In this document: piece after piece, positions 60,799 to 64,000 of the stretch
Position numbering within the stretch: the stretch's first letter is position 1
Layout of the letters: every line of letters starts with the position of its first letter
Source: the human T2T-CHM13v2.0 reference genome, Homo sapiens
DNA: 64,000 nt
Assembly: GCF_009914755.1 (NCBI RefSeq)
Contig: NC_060926.1
Reading direction: 5' to 3' (one strand)
The notes under the pieces: model-generated
Told to the model about the DNA's origin: nothing
What the model saw: the letters and a program-made list of their open reading frames with translations, nothing else
The model's database searches: none
Position numbers and translations under genes: made by a program

Positions 60799-60999
60799 TT
60801 ATCTCCAGGGGGCAATAAATCAAAGTCCAAATGAAAGGGGTCACTCTGGCCACCCGGAGGGCTGTCATGATGGGGTGTCATGATGGGGAGGCTGCAGGCT
60901 CAGGACGTGGCAGTGCCCCCACCCCCGTCAGTGCTGCCTTCTGTGGCAGGAACGAGCCTTTGTCTGCAGGCCTGGGGAGCTCGAAGACAGATGTGTAAC

Positions 61000-61190
61000 C
61001 CTGTTGGCTGTACCTTCAGCATGTGTCTAGGATTCAACCTCATCTCCACCTCCATGCTGCTCCCTCTAGCTTCCTCCCTGGGATCACCACCTCCTAACTC
61101 TGCCCTCCCCTCTGCCTTCCAGACTATTCCCATCATAGACACAGTGACCCTTTTAAAGCTCAGACTCTGCAATAACGGCTGCCCATCTCA
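61000..61190 (+). mobile_element. L2 fragment
   Basis: catctccacctccatgctgc...cagactattcccatcatagacacagtgacccttttaaagctcaga. Confidence 0.55.
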
Positions 61191-61437
61191 CTCACAGAGA
61201 AGGAACAGGACCAGGAGGGCCTAGTGATGGAAGGACCAACACATGGTTGGATGACAGACCCTGAAGGGCCCTTGTGGAGGGGCTCCATGGGAGTTGGCTG
61301 TGAAACCACCCAGGCTGAGGCTCCCCTGTGGGCTTGAGTCATGCCCGGCCAAAGCTTGCAAAGTGGAGGCTGTGTCGCATTTTCTGTTTTCCCCATGCCT
61401 GACATCCAGTGGGCACTAATAAATGTTTAACGAGTAA

Positions 61438-61875
<438 letters not shown>

Positions 61876-62254
61876 TGACCCTCCCACAGGGCCTGAGGCA
61901 GGAGGCAGCCCCTGGGAGGCTGGGATGCTGCTGGGACGCACGGAGCCACGGTGCCTGGTGCCTGCTGAAGCTGAGAGACCCTGTGTGGCTCCTCCTGCCC
62001 CCTCCCCTGGCCTTGAGTTTTCCATTTCCAGTTCTGTTTTATACATCTTGCTGCCTGGGCCCTTTCTGGCAAGTCATTTCAGAAAGAGGGAGGGGACTTG
62101 TTTTTGAGAGTTACCGATACTCCCAGAGGGCCGAGGGAAGAGACTGAGGCAAGTTGAGTGCCATGGGACCGTTTCTAATGCACAGCTCTGCTCACACCTG
62201 TCCACTGCCTGAGAGCCTTCAATATACAATAATGACAATGACATCACCATTGAC

Positions 62255-62470
62255 AACAATAATAACAGCAGTCAATGATTGAGAGCTTCGTGTGTGCTTG
62301 GCATAGAAATAAACTCACAGATATGATCTCAAACGCCCACACTGTGAGTTAGAAATTACTACCCCCACTTTATAGTTGAGGAAATAGGAGGCTTAAAAAT
62401 GAAGCAGCTTGGCCCAGGTTACTCAGTGCAGGGGCCGTGAGCGAGGCCTCTCAGAACTCTGACTGTGGGA
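62255..62470 (-). mobile_element. MIR
   Basis: cccactttatagttgaggaaataggaggcttaaaaatgaagcagcttggcccaggttactcag. Confidence 0.7.
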
Positions 62471-62879
62471 GCGACAGTGACCAGCAGCCCTGCTGCTGCC
62501 CTTGGAAGCCCATTTCCATGAGGCTACGCCTCCCCTGGGCTACTCCTAGTCCATGGCTTGGCCTGGCAGAGACACGGAGGAAAGGTGGGAGATGCAGGCT
62601 TGCTGTGATGGAAGACTTTGGCTGGAGGATCCCTGGCTGTCTTGCTGAGCTCAGAACTGCATTGCTCTGTGACACCCTTGCACACAACCTTCCTTCCTTC
62701 CCTCTTTCCTTCACCCAGGGCCAGGCCCGCATCGTGGGCTGATGGCTCTCCCAGCCTCCCCCAACCCCTGCTGCATTCTTCCTCACTGGCCTTGCCCTGA
62801 TCACATCTCTCAAGTGGCCAATGCCATCTGGGTGTCTGCATTTTGGAAGATCAGAAACAACCCACACAGAAAAACAGTG

Positions 62880-63304
62880 GTGAAAGGACTGCTAGCTGAA
62901 CCCCAGCATCTGTTCGCTGTTTCTTCCACAGTGAAGGAATTTTACCCAGTCTCCTGGAATGAAGACTACGTTTCCCAGGCTCCCTTGCAGCTAGCTGCAG
63001 CGTCACTGCTAGGCCTGGTCCATAAGATCTGAATGCAAGTGAACCCTGCAACTCCTGGATTGCATGCCCTCAGAGGGACGTGGTGGCAGTGCTCCTTCAT
63101 GGACTCCGTGAGGAGGCGACACCTTGGGGGTGGCAGAGCAATAAGACAGAAGGAGGCTGGGTCCCTGCTGGCTTTGCAGTGCAGAGGCGCCATGCCTTCT
63201 TAGACTTCTATGTGGGAGGGAAAGTCTTGCATCTTGTTTAAATTGCTGGTACTCTGAACATCTGTTACACCTACACAGCCAAACCCAATATCTCAACTGA
63301 TTCA
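62880..63304 (+). mobile_element. MLT1 (MLT1J-like) LTR
   Basis: gactacgtttcccaggctcccttgcagctag...ggcagagcaataagacagaaggaggctgggtccctg...cagccaaacccaatatctcaactgattca. Confidence 0.7.
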
Positions 63305-63386
63305 GATTTGAATTTTGGCTTAGTTGACAAAGCACTGGATTGTACAGGGCCTCAAAAGCCACATCATTAGTAGAAGGCAGGTTAAT

Positions 63387-64000
<614 letters not shown>

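Overview
Primate (almost certainly human) non-coding genomic DNA, intergenic or deep intronic. It is rich in interspersed repeats: about 47 Alu-family elements (roughly a fifth of the window, including a FAM monomer, a FRAM-like monomer and two AluY-type copies), two young L1PA 3' fragments, old L1M/HAL1/L2/L3/MIR fragments, solo LTRs (THE1, MLT1, MER51, LTR16/32/33/47-like) and hAT DNA transposon fossils (Charlie1-like, MER53, MER5, MER20, MER33-like). I recognise no host protein-coding gene, tRNA, rRNA or CRISPR array. Many ORFs in the supplied track are Alu, L1 or microsatellite read-through; the only ORFs with recognisable protein homology are an L1 ORF2p C-terminus and a decayed hAT transposase fragment. 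I do not see a convincing new multi-gene system. The most unusual structure is at 53.6-55.3 kb: a locally generated ~225-bp inverted duplication whose spacer contains a younger 50-64-bp templated copy of nearby DNA ending in a snap-back hairpin. Other points of interest are a consensus-perfect p53-type element, a MER53 palindrome carrying miR-1302-like sequence, repeated re-use of Alu target sites and a few candidate exons. Repeat family and subfamily calls come from remembered consensus sequences, and boundaries of old repeats are approximate.
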